NCBI RefSeq assembly: GCF_963921235.1
Contig: NC_086109.1
Coordinates: forward strand, 32,924,001 to 32,988,000
DNA: 64,000 nucleotides
Reading direction: 5' to 3'
From: Mobula hypostoma
Lineage: Eukaryota
Shown: one piece after another, positions 25,824-39,940 of the stretch
Layout: each line of letters opens with the position of its first letter
Position numbering within the stretch: the first letter of the stretch is position 1
The notes under the pieces: model-generated
The model's database searches: none
Told to the model about the DNA's origin: nothing
The model's input: the letters and a program-made list of their open reading frames with translations, nothing else
Program-made: the position numbers and the translations under genes

Positions 25824-26641
25824 ACTTCCTCAAAGAATGCCAAGAAATTTGCTAAAATGACTTTCCATGCAGAAAGCCATGCTGACTGTCCCGAATCAGA
25901 CCCTGTCTCTCAAAATGTCGGTAGATCCTGCCCCTCAAAGTCCCCTCCAGCAAGTTACCCACAGGACTGTAATTTCCCAGATTGTTTTTGCTACCATTTT
26001 TAAACAATGGTACCTTATTAGCCACTCTCCAATCCTCTTGAACTTCACCCGTGGCCAGGATGAAACAAAAATCTTTCAAGGGCGTCCACAAATTCTTCTC
26101 TAGTTTCCCACTAGGATTGCAGCAGGTCAGGACCTGAGAAAATACCCACTTCAATGTGTTTTGAAACCTCTCATACTTTCTCCCTACCTAGTTAAGATGT
26201 TGGTTTACTAACTTTTACTGATTTCTTCTCATAAAGTATTTTCCTTTTAACTAATCCCTATTTACAGAAAGATCCTAATTTAAATTCACATCTCTCTTCA
26301 GTTTCAGTGACAATATTTTTGAGCAATGTCAGTGGGTGGAGAGGAATGGTCAATGTTTTGGTTTGAGACTTGATTCAGGGCCTCAGCATGAAACATTGAA
26401 ATCCACCCCCCCCCCCAAACCATCACCCTGCCAGAGATGCAGTTCACCCTGCTGAGTTCTCGAGAAGGCTTTTTATTTTGCTTCAATCATCCACAGTCTC
26501 TTGAGTCACCACAATATTCTTGACACTTTTTATCCAAGAATATTTAGAAACTTACATTATTTGAGACTTAATAGTTCTCAAAAAAAATTAGTTTCTTGGA
26601 AAGGTCAAGGGATTAATCAGACTAGACTTCTAATGTCAGTT

Positions 26642-27350
26642 ACAAACAAGGGAAGATCTGCGGATGCTGGAAATCCGAGCAACACACACAATATGCTGGA
26701 GGAACTCAGCAGGTCGGGCAGTATCTATGGAAAAAAGTACAGTCGATGTTTCGGGCCGATGTTTCTGTCCTGTTTTCGGCAGGACTGGAGGAAAAAACGC
26801 TGAGTAGTAGGTGGGATCTCTCAGTGGCCACCCATTTTAATTCCACTTTCTATTGCCATTCCAATATGTCCATCCATGGCCTCCCCCACTGTTGTGATGA
26901 GGCTACACTTAGGTTGGAGGAACAACACCTTGTATTCCATCTGGGTAGCCTCCAACCTGATAGCATGCACATCGATTGCCCAAACTTCCAGTAATGTCCC
27001 CCAGCCACCCACCCATCTTCATCATTTCCCACCCCCCTTTCCCTCTCTCACCTCATCTCCATGCCGTCCCATCGCCTCCCTGTTCTGCTCCTCCCTCTTA
27101 AATTTTTCCACGGCCTTCTGTTTTTTCACCAATCAGCTTCCCAATTCTTTACTTCATCTCTCCCCCTCCAGGTTTCACCAATCACCTGGTGGTTCTCTCT
27201 CCACCTCCCCCCCCCCCCACATTTTAAATCATCTCCTCAGCAATTTTTCCTCCAGTCCTGCAGAAGCTTTTCGGCCCAGAACGTCAACTGTTCTGTTTCC
27301 CATAGATGCTGCCTGGCCTGCTGAGTTCCTCCAGCATTTTGCGTGTGTTG
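26642..27350. mobile_element. Penelope-like fragment with inverted pLTR and GIY-YIG C-terminus
   Basis: ORF 26746 DLSVATHFNS...LRLEEQHLVFHLGSLQP; inverted terminal arms; 14-bp TSD TTCTAATGTCAGTT. Confidence 0.85.
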
Positions 27351-27459
27351 TTCTAATGTCAGTTGTATGGCCAAAAGTAACTCAAATGACTATCCAGGTT
27401 CTGACAGAATTAACACAAACATTCACTCAGTAATAAAGGAAGTTTTCGTTGCTCAAAGT

Positions 27460-27860
27460 TCAAAAGTTCAAAGTAAATTTATTATCAGAGTATGTGTATG
27501 TCACGCTGAGTTTCATGTTTTTGCAGGCATTCACTGTGGAACAAATAAGTACAATAGAATCAATGAAAAACTGCACACAAGACTGACTGACAGCCAATGT
27601 GCAAAATAAGGCAATCTGTGCATATAGAATAAAAAATAAATAAATAATACTGACAACAGGAGCTGCAAAGTGCCTGAAAGCAAGTCCATAGGTTGTGAAA
27701 TCAGTTCAGTGTTGAGGAGAGTGAAGTTATCCGCACTGGTTCAAGAGCCTGATGGTTGAAGGGTAATAACTGTAGCTGAACCTTGTGTTGTGGGACCTAA
27801 GGCTCCTGTACCACCTTCTCAATGGTAGCAGTGAGAAGAGAGCATGGCCTGGATTGTGCA
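27460..27860 (-). mobile_element. Rex1/Babar-type LINE 3' end
   Basis: Homologous to 6.3-6.65 kb; (TTTGAAC)n-like tail. Confidence 0.65.
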
Positions 27861-28345
27861 TACCTACTAGACATATAATGTAATAATGTTAGCACTCTGT
27901 GGATCCCCATTGCCCACAATGAGGACTAAGGTGGAGTGGTGGGATTGGCATTGATTGGTATCACTGTTATCATGAATTAACTATGCGACAGGGTGTGTTT
28001 CAGTACTGTATAACTCCAAGAGTCCATACAAGACATCTTCAGCTAATGCTTTGGGCCTTTTAGACAATGAAGTTTTACAATGGTGGATATTTCCTCAAAG
28101 CATCTCAACCCACTGTGCATCATTCATTTAATTTATTTTTTTCCAGTACAGATGAATTTCTAAATCTTATTTTTTTCCTGAGTATTTTGTAGCATGGGCA
28201 CCAATCACAGAAAATACAGTGGCTGATACTTACCAGAATGAAAGGAAAAAAATCAAGACAAGCAGCATCAAAATAAATTCAGCCAGAGTATTCAAATGAA
28301 ACGCAAGCAGAAAGCAAAAGATCTCATCAGATGAAGGAAACAGAA

Positions 28346-28476
28346 ACACGAGGAATTCTGCAGATGCTGGAAATTCAAGCAACACACATCAAGTTTGCTG
28401 GTGAACGCAGCAGGCCAGGCAGCATCTCTAGGAAGAGGTACAGTCGACATTTCGGGCCGAGACCCTTCGTCAGGAC
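28346..28476 (-). mobile_element. Short Penelope-like pLTR insertion beginning at the hammerhead
   Basis: Minus: GTCCTGACGAAGGGTCTCGGCCCGAAATGTCGAC; 13-bp TSD GAAGGAAACAGAA. Confidence 0.9.
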
Positions 28477-31025
28477 GAAGGAAACAGAACAGTGATAACA
28501 TAAACACATTGTTATCTTCTGTGTGATTACATACTTCATCTCTTGTGCTCAAATCCATATTTATACAGTATAAGTAAGCTTGAAGCCTAAAAAATCTGGG
28601 GCTACAGGAACACTTAATTAGGATTGGAAATTCTTAAGAGTACAGAAAAAAAATTCTGCCTTTCACAGTCCTCTGTATAAGTACATCACCACATCTTCAC
28701 ATTTGACGTTTTGAAAGGTTCAATGTTTGGCTGCAATCAATTTTGTTTTAAGGTGCAGGCAACATTCATGGTTCATTAACACACATTGATAAGAGGCAAT
28801 GATAGTCTATTTTGCCCTTTCAGCAGTTGTTGTTTACTTAGACTGATATCTGAGCTAGCAGCATTGAAGCACATTCCCACAGGAAGCATTCTTGAAAGTA
28901 TTATACAGGATTACATTACGTTTAATTCGGAAGCAGCAGTAGTATCTTGAAATACAGTGTCTAGTAATTGTGAGCATCTGATATTCCAGTTATGACATTT
29001 AATACTACCATGCTCGTTTTAGATGATCAACCTTTCTCACTCTAAAACGGGAACTGATTGATTTTTGCTGGACATGTGAAACCCCAAAGAAAATGCTAAA
29101 AACTCCGAGCCCACCTAATGGGCACTTGCGAACAAATGAAAAGTTAATGGGGCAGATTGTGCTTGATTCAACCAGTTGTCCTCCCTCTTCTCTACTATTT
29201 TTGACAGCTACCTGCTGCCCTTGAGCTTGAGTTGTCAGCTCTGTGACTAGCCCAGGAGCAGAGAGGGCTGCAAGTGATGGCAATGCGTATTGAAGCCCCA
29301 GCTCCAGCATAGCCTCACACCATCCTGTGTCTTCATAAACCTTCTGAAGTGTCTTCAGCTGCCTCTGATAATTAAAAAAATATATGTATTTTAACAAACA
29401 TTTAGCTAGTGCTCATTAATTAAAAGGATAGATAAATAAGTAAGAAAGTTAACAAAATATAGTTGGTAAGTTATAAAACGACCAGTTGGCTGTAAGTTTG
29501 ATTTGATCACTGTTTCATTTTGATGGCCAAAGATCAACTTCATGAGAACTCAAGAAACAAAAACAGGAGTGGGCCTGCTTCATCATTCAACCAGATCATA
29601 ATCAACCTTTTACTTCAACAGCCCACTTTCTTTTGAAAAAGTAATTGAACCCAACATTTTAACATTATTAATCTTATGTTTATCTTTTATGAGTCTTACA
29701 ATTATTTTTTCTGTATTAAGGAACAGGATTCAACAAGATATTTTTAGTTTTTAGCTGTAATGGTGTGAGGGTCAGATTCACCAGGAACTTTCCCTTGGTT
29801 GATTATGTTCACATATTATATAGTGACATCAGCACAGTATACTCCCAATTGAACTCTAATAAGATCACAAGTGATATCTTACTCTTCTGGTCCACTAACT
29901 TCCATCCTGCTTCCTCCCCAGCTTGATACCCCTAATATTTTCCATTTGATTATTCACAGACTAATGAACCTCATTTATGAAATCTTTATTGACTTCTCAG
30001 TTCCCAATTATCCACTAAGGTGTCTTAATTGACCTCACATTTGGACATCCAAATGACTGTCTGCCAATTTGTCCAACTTCCTTTAGTCAGTTATTCCTGA
30101 CTAAGCAATTATCTTTTAAGACTTACCTGGCAGTCAATGTTTTTCGCCAAATTCCTCCATCTTCACTTGTGAGCTCCAGACTGGCGTTGAAGAGGCCCAA
30201 AAAGGTATGGTCTTTGCTGCACAGGATAAAGGTAGGCTGGCTGAGGTGGTTCTTTCCAGATTTTCCATTAGATTCTGCCAGTTTTTCAGAGGAGAAGCAA
30301 GTAACCTGAAGATAAGAACCACCTACCTATCTACCACACAACCACTTCCCATACACAATTGAATTTTGATATCACCTTATCTTTCTCTCCTGCCTATAAC
30401 CCCCTTTAGCCTTTTCACTCCTCCCTAAATCAGTTATGTTCTGCCAGTTTAATTACCATACCAAGTTTCTCCATAACACATTTACTTTTGGTCTCCGGCC
30501 TAACTTTATTGGAAAATTATAATCTCCCTCTTCATTCACTCGGATGTTTCTTCTCTCATTAGATTTCCCTCCACGTAAACTTTACCACCCACATTTAGCC
30601 ATTTCTTTTCATTTGCTTTCTTATGCCTCCCCACTCTTAGACAGAGACAAAACACTTTCAACCATTTTGTTTTAACTTCTGTTACTCCTTTCTACATCTT
30701 CCTTGGAAAATCTTCTTCACCTTGTCACTTTCAACTGCATCTTCTACTACCTTTGTAACATTGCCAGAGCTACCCAATCCATCTTTTGTAAGACAATCAT
30801 CTCTACATTGCTGCCTCATTAAACTTCAGCCATGTAATCCTCTGTATCAATTTAGGTGTCCCCACCCCCATACAAATTTTTGTTACATAATAATGACAAA
30901 GTGAAATGTATCAATCAATGACATTGTATAAAATGTGGTAAATGGGTTTGAACAAGATCAGATTTACTCATTGTATCACAGTGATAATCGATTCTTTGGC
31001 TGCATACACCAGTTTTTTTTCCACA

Positions 31026-31158
31026 AGCAAGAGAAAATCTGCAAATACTGGAAATCCGAGCAACACACACAAAATGCTGAAGGAACTCGGCAGGCCAGAC
31101 AGCATCTATGGAAAAAAGTACAGTCGACGTTTCGGGCCGAGACCTTTTGGCAAGACTG
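31026..31158 (-). mobile_element. Short Penelope-like pLTR insertion (second subfamily)
   Basis: CAACACACACAAAATGCTG...GTACAGTCGACGTTTCGGGCCGAGACC; imperfect AGTTTTTTTTT(C/G)CACA flanks. Confidence 0.8.
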
Positions 31159-33967
31159 AGTTTTTTTTTGCACATTTTGAAAGCTGCATTGTTTATTTGT
31201 ATTAAAAAATTAACTAAGGTAAATTTATTCTTCTTGGGAAAAAAATCAGCTGTACTAATAGTCTAGCTTTAATTCTACTGTTGCCTTTGTGCTGGGAGAT
31301 GCAAATCTGTGGCAATATTTTGACCATGAATTCAAAGTGATCAAAAGGAAAATAAACATGCACAATTCTTTCGTCTCTGTTCCCCTGAGCCTGTTCCTTC
31401 TCCTGGTTTATGCTAGTCACATCATTTGCTATTTTCTTTCTGCTTTTATTTTACCAGTGGTAACAAGACAGTGAATTGGCCTCCATCCCATAATTTGACA
31501 TGGCAAAGGAATGAACATTTGAGTCGTAGAAAATATGCCCAAATATAGGCATTTCAGTGATACTATCTTTTCCTTCTAATCTCGGAGCAGTTTTCAGGAA
31601 CTAAGTTATCAAACTGAACGCCGTGGTGAAAGTGCGAGGCACTGCAAAGTTATTTCATTTCTGAAATGAACTCATGTATGTTCTAACAGTGAATTAGGTA
31701 ATGGCTTAAACATGTCTTAAGCCTTCTGCTATTTTCCACTTTTTACCTCTTTTGCAGATCACAAATCATTTAGTGTTCTCAAGTAGGACAGTGAAATGAC
31801 TTGACTATCCATGAACTCTATATTGGGTCAGGAGAAGGGAACGTCATTCATAAATGAAGACCACAGAATGTTTACTCAACAGTCTGATTATCATCCTTGG
31901 AATTTACTCAACTGTGATTAAAAAGTTAGAATAATGCAAGGTTGCAACCACCTGACTTAGTTAATATCAACCCTCTAATGTTTTCTTGGTATCCTCTAAA
32001 TCATTGAATGAATGCATAAATGTTTCTTCAGTTACATTGTGCTAATAGTTCTGTTACATTAAATTTCCAAGTGTAAAGATGGTGCAAAGCAATGCCTCTG
32101 AAACGTCTTTCTTCCAGAACCACAGCTTCCCTTCCACTATTTTAACAAAGCTTTCAACTGCATTCATCCATTTTGGCTCCATTTTCAGCTCTGACCAATT
32201 GGACAGAGGCCAGTACAAGCCTGAGGAACAGTACACTGGTTATCTGTCCCCTAAGGGTCAAATAATGAATTTCAGGTAACTTTTCTCTGTCACTCTCTTT
32301 AAGTTTGACTCAGCTTTGTTTGCTTTTCTCTCTCTCTAAGTAGAGGACATTCCTAGCCTAACCTGACAAGCATGCTTTCTTCATTTACATTTCACAACTC
32401 CTACAATCGTTTGACTATGTCTTCTTGTCCACGATCTCACTCTCTAACCTCTCCTATTTATTCATTGACTAGATAGCTTTGTTTACAGCTCATCCCCATA
32501 AATCACCAGAGTTTTACTCTGTCCGAGATGGTCCCTTACCCCGCCATCCCTGCATATTAATGGAGTCTTTTTTTCTCCTTCAGAATTGTGATGAAATGTC
32601 TTCAGCCTGATGTAAACTCTGTTCCTCCTCCCACAAAGGTGGCCAGACCTGTTTAGTATTTCCAGCATTTTCTGCATTATTAAAGATTAAGCAAGATGTG
32701 ATTCATGATTTAGTTTCTTTATTTGTAACATTCTTTTTTTTAATATTGAAAGCTTTTATCACATAACATTATTTGTTGTGAATTTTGCTGATGTTGTTTA
32801 TCTTTCATAAGTTCAGAGGAACAATGAGTGAAGCTGAATTAAGTTACTTTCTCTTCTCCGGTTAGATGATTACGGTCACCAGGTGACAATACTTTGATAA
32901 TTCATTAAAAATCAAATAAATAAGGATAAATTAATATCATATTTCTGTTGCTCTTTGTTTTCTTTCTTGTCCTTTATCTGCAGGCTCCTTGTACATAATA
33001 ATACATTATAATCTATTTTTTCAGCCCTTTTTCCTCCTCTCCTCAATATTGGAGAAGTTCATTATCAGAATCAAATGAGTAGAGAGATGGGCCAGAAGCT
33101 TGTTTTTCTGGGAAACATGAAGCCCATTGAAAAAAAATCTGTGGGTTGTGATACTTCCCAGTTGGCATAACGTGAAGGGTTTATTTTCCCATTGCATAGA
33201 TTGCACCCCTCATATTCCTAAAGGGCACCTTACTAAAGTTGCACAGAGAATGATATCCAAAGAGGATTGGGGATATAGAGTTACAAAATACCATTACTCA
33301 GCAGATAAAAAAGCAAGTGACCTCCCCTTTGAATGTTGTTTCTACTGGAGGCTCTTAGTTACCAAAGTTACTCACCCCTGTATCATCCAATTTCAGGATG
33401 GAGAAGTATTTTTCTGCCCTTTGCAATGATGCTAACTGTAGCATTGGCAAAGCAACAAGATACACCGAGAAATATAGACGGTAGTTCTGTTTGTTGAAAT
33501 AGGCCCCCCAGCCGATTAAGCTCTGTCAGCCTGCATACCACAACTGATTGGTTGGAGCACTTAGTCACTATCAAGTAGCACATCAATTCTGATAAACCAA
33601 TTCAGGAAAACAGCTGTTTTCACTTAGTGCCTGAACTCATTCTAGGGTCTTCATAACCAACTGACTATTTTGAACTAGAGCCACTATTATTGAATAGTTG
33701 CAAAGAAGTGAAGGGCATTTTTCTCAGGAAAACACATTTATCGCTCGTGACATTTCAAACCACTTCGCTACTAAATTACTTTCTCAATCAACAAGCAAAA
33801 ACAAGGTGATACTAACCATTTCTCTGCATATTCCTTGTATTTTTGGTAAAAGAGATTAAAAATGTCTTTAAGTCCCAGTTTTTTAATACATTTATCATAT
33901 ACTTTATTCAAGGAAAGAATTGCAATGTGTTTGTGATCATTTCCTTTGAAGTTGTAAGTTGATAATA

Positions 33968-34230
33968 GGAAAGGAAAGGGATGTCGCATCCGGAGTTTCT
34001 CCGGTTAACGGACGATTTCCCTCTACACCTCTCTGACGTAGTGGCCAACCGCGTACGAGGTCAGTTACAGCAGTGGTTTGCCATTGCCTTCTGCCGGGTG
34101 AGTTTCCAAAGAGATCACCAGCTCGTAACCCAGCACGGATGGAAAGCGTGCAGGGGAGCCGGCTGGATTCGAACTCCGGACCTTTCGTCCTGAAGTCCGG
34201 CACTGATGCAACTACACCACCAGCCAGGTC
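33968..34230 (-). mobile_element. tRNA-derived SINE with RTE-type tail
   Basis: A box TGGTGTAGTTG and B box GAGTTCGAATCC on minus; GGCAATGGCAAACCAC segment; (TTTCC)n tail; CpGs retained. Confidence 0.8.
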
Positions 34231-36934
34231 TAAGATGATAATATCCAATTAAATTATGCAAATTTATATGTTTTTGTATGTCAAGGTTTGGACATGTTGG
34301 CTATATTGCCTGAAAACTAAATTACCTAGAACTATGGCATTGAGTGAAAATATTTGAAGCAGCAGTATGTCCAGGTTGGTGTATTTTAAGCAATGTTTTA
34401 CCATAAACAGTAGTTCAATGAAAAATTGGAATCTGGCAAGTCTAGTTATACTTTCATTATGATGGAAATATACTATAAACACATTAGAAAAATGTTTATA
34501 GAAATTGTTTACATCTCATATTCCAGCTATATCTGACTGTGCAGGATTTATGAATTTTGGAATTTTAATATCTGAGATGTTAAAATTCCAAGTTCATGTG
34601 TTACTTGGTAGTCAACATTTTGTGAACATTCAGTATTAGAGGATAAACTGAGCGTTATATTTTGCAGCAATGTCTTGCCATGGCATTCAGGCATTTTTAT
34701 TCAGTGAAGTGCATTACAGATTATTACATGGATACTTTTTCTATCACTTTGAGTGTTTAATTCACCTCCAAAATATATTAAAAGGACAAGAATGATTTGG
34801 ATCTGGAGTTAAGGATTTCATTTTGTGAGTTATTATTACATACTTCCCATTATGATTTTACATATAAAAATAAATGTGGTTTGATACTTATAAAGATAAA
34901 CAAAGGATTTTGCAGTAACACAAAAAATATAGAACACGTCATAAGCTTAGGATGCCTTAAAGCCAACCATTGAGTGAGCAGTAAAACAGACAATTAGTGA
35001 GATAAGAAAAATGATGCTTTTAATTAGAAGAACCTGCAGCATTTGCATTGTGCTGTTTATTGTAGTCTTGGTGATGTATTTATAATGATATTGGAATGGA
35101 AGTTACGTGGTTGTTTTCTTGCTCATGCAAAACATGATTGGATGTTCATATTAAGCATACATTTACATTGTACATATTAAACCATTACACAGTAAAACAA
35201 AAAGGACAAATATTTACAATTCCTGAAGGATTAAGACATTGCTCTTATTTTTTAACTAAAAATAATCATTGCAAACTATGTTGCCCAGAATTTATACCAA
35301 ATGGTGACACTTCTTAATGTGCTAGACAATCTGATTTTCATGACAAAAAATATTATAAATTCAACAAATTTTGTTTGGGATCTTCTGTGCTTCTGATGCA
35401 AACTATACAGAGGATCACATACACATTTGTATCCAATGGTACACAATAGTGGGCACTACCTCTGGGACTTTCAGAGATGTATGATTGGCTTGTGCCATTT
35501 GCAAGCTGCTCATGCCGAAGGATGCTTTCAATACACCTGTGCAAACTGCTTCTGGGCGTCTTGCAATCATCCTGACAAATGACTGCAAAAACTCAGCTTG
35601 GTTCCCTGTAACTAAAATATTTACCCAGCTCTTTTTGGATTCTTGACCTCCTCCATAAGAAACTGATCTCCCAGCTCTCCAAGTACACACTCTTTGCCCC
35701 AATCTCTTCACTCATGATTCTCCCAACCCAATTCCCTCTATCTCCTGATCTGATCCCACCCAACACTAACCGCCAATAGCCGAACCCATCCGGCTGTTCG
35801 CAATCTGTCACAACCAATGACCACTCCCTTAATCAATTACCTCAGCCCCAATTGGAACCTTCCGAAATCAACCAGTTGACTGACACTTGCAACACCTACT
35901 TCTATTTACCATTCCCTGGCCTACCACCACACTACTACCAATACCTGGCAGCTGACCTTCCTCCAAACATTCTTATAATCAATAGTCCATAGCCCTTATG
36001 GCTCAACCCTGGGCCACTCTCCCTTGCATCTTCCAGGATCTAGCCCTGACCTTGACCTTATTATAGTTATTTCATTTGCTAGACGCTGATAGAGTGAATG
36101 AAGGGAAAACTATTATCTTATGAGGTCTTCCTATTACATTTCCTAGCATCAGTCCCACAAACAAAGTCACCATCGGATGATTACTTAGCTTGTCTTGGAA
36201 AGATTTCTAGGCATTAGACTTTAATCTTACAATACCCTTTTCTAACAGGACAATTTAACAATCATTGGATATTTTTACCTCTGATCTTAGAGGGCCAGCT
36301 TTAAAATTTCACTATATTTTTAAAACTATCGGGCAGCTGCCAAAAAATTTCTACTTTACAGGGGGAATAAGACAGAAGAAGGTAAACAGATACATGTTGG
36401 ACTTGGATGGCTGATGAAGCAGTTTATAATCTCAGGAAGTCATTGTTCTATGGAAGGAGGAAATTTAAAACTGCACTTGCAATTATTATGATAAAATAGA
36501 ATTGCAATCGAATACTTGGATCAGATTGCAAATGTAGTCAAGATAAGTATTTTATGAAAGAAATGAATTCAAAGCTGTAGTAAAATCTATATAGTGTAAA
36601 AGATAGCAATGAGAAATTCAAAAAATAAGTAGTCATCAAAAATCATCTGGAAATCTGCTATTTAAAGAACTCAAAGCAATGGAAAACTGAAGGTGTCAGA
36701 AATATGTAGCTATGGAAGTTCATAAAAAGGGAGAGAAGAGATTACGCAATATATGTTTGAAGATGCATTCAGAAAGATTGCTATTCTTTTACAGGATTGC
36801 AAACTTTTATAGAACAATAAAAGTCCTTCAAATGATCTGGATGAAAATAACAATGAAAGTTTTGTCACAATGGTGAATCTGAGTCATGTATGGATTAATG
36901 AGGCAAATTCAACAGCAGTCAATGGCACATCTTC

Positions 36935-36961
36935 TTACTGCAACAACTTTGGAAGTTCAAC
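36935..36961 (-). CDS. LMOD1: Leiomodin-1 coding exon 3 (VELPKLLQ*)
   Basis: ttttttgatttcag|GTTGAACTTCCAAAGTTGTTGCAGTAA; matches the vertebrate LMOD1 C-terminus VEVPKLLQ; phase 0. Confidence 0.93.
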   Translation of the reverse strand, partial: VELPKLLQ

Positions 36962-39079
36962 CTGAAATCAAAAAAGAAATACTTACATCAGAAAATCCTT
37001 TCAAATAATATCATTAAATCAACTTAGAGATCATTGTTAATTAAAGGCTTCTAAAAACATGTACTGCTGAATTTATAGACCAAAAAGAGAAGATAAGACA
37101 GTCATAAAAAAAATTGGAACCTGGCAGATGAACATTTCTTTAAAAAGATTAGAAGCCAAAAATAATAATTCTAGATTTATAGTGTATAAGGAATAACTGG
37201 GAGGCAGAACAAGGTAATGATCTTACAAGGGGGTTCAGTAGGCTATAAAGTAACGAGCGTAAACTTCTTTAACAGTTCAATTCCGTAGATATTGCTGAGT
37301 GAAGCATTGTCATTACAGCTTGGACTCATGGGTTTCATGGGCTTGTCAGAAGTCTCATCTTGCATTCAGCACTTGATTGGTGTGGCACTCTTTGCAAAGG
37401 ATCAGAGGTGTCTATGAAATGGATGGCAGGAAGGAGGTGCTTCAATAATCTCAGAAACCCAAGCCGAAAAATGGAAATTATAGATAACATTTAAATTATT
37501 GGGATGTAAAATGAAAAATAGAAATACTCTTAACAACAAAATCTGAAAATTATTTTTTACCCTGAGGCAACAAAGCTTAGCGATCAGTGAATTAATTTTT
37601 CATGCTCATAAACGTTGTTCGGCAATAACACATGAAGCCCGAATTTTTCGACATGCCTGCTGCGTAAATAGTAATTAATTAGTTTAAGCTCACATCATCA
37701 CAGTAACCTGTTCACAAATTGCATCAGTTAAATGCTACAAATCTAATAGAGGAACAGGATGTACTGCACATATGTGCACATCAGATTTGTCCTATAACAA
37801 CAATGTATGCTGTCCTTCTCACCATTATTGATGAAGCAAGGAATGGCTCATTGTCTCTTATAATATTTGTATTTATTCCATATAATCAGAGTTATCAAGG
37901 CAGTTTATTCTTGGTTTATATTCTTTTTGCCTTGGCTTGATGTATTAATTGACACTGACTCTGACATAGTTCATTTGTTAGAAGGTGGTGTCCTCAAAGA
38001 ATTTACATATATGACACTTAAATATTTGGTCATTTTTGCCTTGATCCATGATTGCTTTGATCCTTTCAGCAGATCGCAGTTCAGGAGCAGGACCCAATGT
38101 CAGATTCAGGGGCTCCCCTCAGTGTAAATGGAAGTCTGATGACTGATGCAAGAGAGCAAGGGTACTCCCACCAATTTCTTTTCGGTATCTATTAATCATC
38201 TTCACTGGATTGTAGTAAATAATAGCTCACAAAATCTCTTCTTGGCAAAACAACATTACCAAAGTTTGCATTTAAAGAGAACAAGGCTTTTATTGGCTTT
38301 TTCTTCCATTCCTTTTGTCACTGATTTAACCATTTTCTAAAGCAATTGAAATATAATTGTTTCTATTCTTGGCCACCTGAATATGCTAAAGCATTTTATG
38401 GGCAATTAATTTCTTTTGAACTGTAGACACTATTTTAATGTAGCAGCCAATTTGCAGTCAGCAAGCTCCCTCAAACAGAAACTTATGCACAAAAAGTTCC
38501 AGGCAATTCTAGGTAACAGTGTGGAATTGATTGATTGCAATGTGTTTGAAGGTGCAATCTTTCAGATGATATGTCAAACTGAGTCTTGTTTGCTTTCTCC
38601 CACAGAAAGCAATATCAAATGTCCAGGTGATCTGTTTTAATGTTTTTAACTGAGTGATAAAAATGCAAGACCCAGGGCTAATTTGTGTACAGATCTTCAT
38701 AATAACGTTAATAGATTTCTCACATTCATCTGAGAGGGCAGAGGAGATTTAATTTGACGTCTCCTCTGAAAGACAGCATCTTCAAAACAAAAGCCTAGAT
38801 ACTTATACTTAGATTGCTGCAGTGAGACCTGAACTCAAAATGTATTGTTTCAGAGACTGCGTTCCATCAAACTTAGAAAATTAAGTGACTTGATTGAAGT
38901 TTTCAAGACAATACAGGAAAGATATGGTGGATGGAGTAAAACTATTTTTGGTGGCAGGGAATAAGGAACATCACCTAAAAAAAATCTAAACATCACTGGA
39001 CTTAAAAAAGAAAGGAAACAGAATGTAACAGATGTTTGGAACTTTTATCTCACTAGCACCAATTATTACTGGTTCTGAA

Positions 39080-39350
39080 GGTCACAGTCTTTTCCTCGGG
39101 CAAAGGACTCTAAAATTAAATGACTTAGATTTAAATGAGATGCAAAAGCTTTAAAGGGGACCTGAGGGCAACTTCTTCACAAGGAGGGTGGTATTTTTAC
39201 AGAACAAGCTGCCAGAGGAAATGGTAGAACAACTGCAACAGTTAAAATACATTTTGACAAGAATATGTTTAGAAGGATATAGCTCAGGTGGATGGCATGG
39301 ATGAGTTGAGCTGAAGGGCTGTTTCAACGCTGTATAACTCTATATGATTC
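39080..39350 (+). mobile_element. CR1 3' end fragment
   Basis: GACCTGAGGGCAACTTCTTCAC...GCTGAAGGGCTGTTTC..CTGTATAACTCTAT. Confidence 0.7.
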
Positions 39351-39724
39351 TTTAATCTAAGATTGATAGATCTTTAATAACTGAAGGTGTTAGCAAATGT
39401 AAGCCATAGACTGGTCTGTGGTATTCATCATTGATTAGCATAATCTTATTCAATAGCATGGTATACCCTAGGCTTTCTATGTTTCTATATTCCATAGCGG
39501 TGTATGTCGGAAAGAAGCCGTGCATCAAAACATGGATTAAGCTTAGCTTACCTTGTAACTGAAACACAGTTTCAATGACCACTCTATCAATAAATAACAT
39601 TTTTGTTCTTGACAAATAAGCTGCCAGATGAAATGGTAGACGTGAGGCCAATCACAATATTTAAAAGATGCTGCACAAGATAAGGGGGTAGTTAATTTTT
39701 TTTCTAAGATGTAGTTCATTCCAA

Positions 39725-39940
39725 ATTTATTTATTTATTGAGATATGGCAAGGAATAGGCCCATCTGGCCCTTCGAGCTGCACCATCCAGCAATTCCCCA
39801 GTTTAACCCGAGCCTAATCATAGGACAATTTACAGTGATCAATTAACCTATCAACCAGTCCATCTTTGGACTGTGAGAGGAAATCAGAGCATCTGAAGGA
39901 AACCCACTGGTCAAGAGGAGAACATACAAACCCCTTACAT
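39725..39940 (-). mobile_element. V-SINE-like fragment
   Basis: TCTTTGGACTGTGAGAGGAAATCAGAGCA; (TTTA)n tail; similar to 61045-61385. Confidence 0.7.

Larger units (their letters stand above)
19995..26154 (-). mobile_element. CR1 LINE fragment split by the Gypsy insertion (parts about 19995-21161 and 25824-26154)
   Basis: ORF 25852-26154 DWRVANKVPLFK..GLIRDSQHGF; ORF 20507-20737 RPQLEYCV; removing the Gypsy restores TTCTTTGAGGAAGTAATCAAGAGAGTA (FFEEVIKRV). Confidence 0.85.

Noticed and set aside
34160..34230. tRNA gene
   Set aside because: A and B boxes are present but continue into a SINE body and tail; no convincing cloverleaf.
34690..36934. LMOD1 polyadenylation site
   Set aside because: Several AATAAA/ATTAAA candidates on the minus strand; cannot choose without transcript data.
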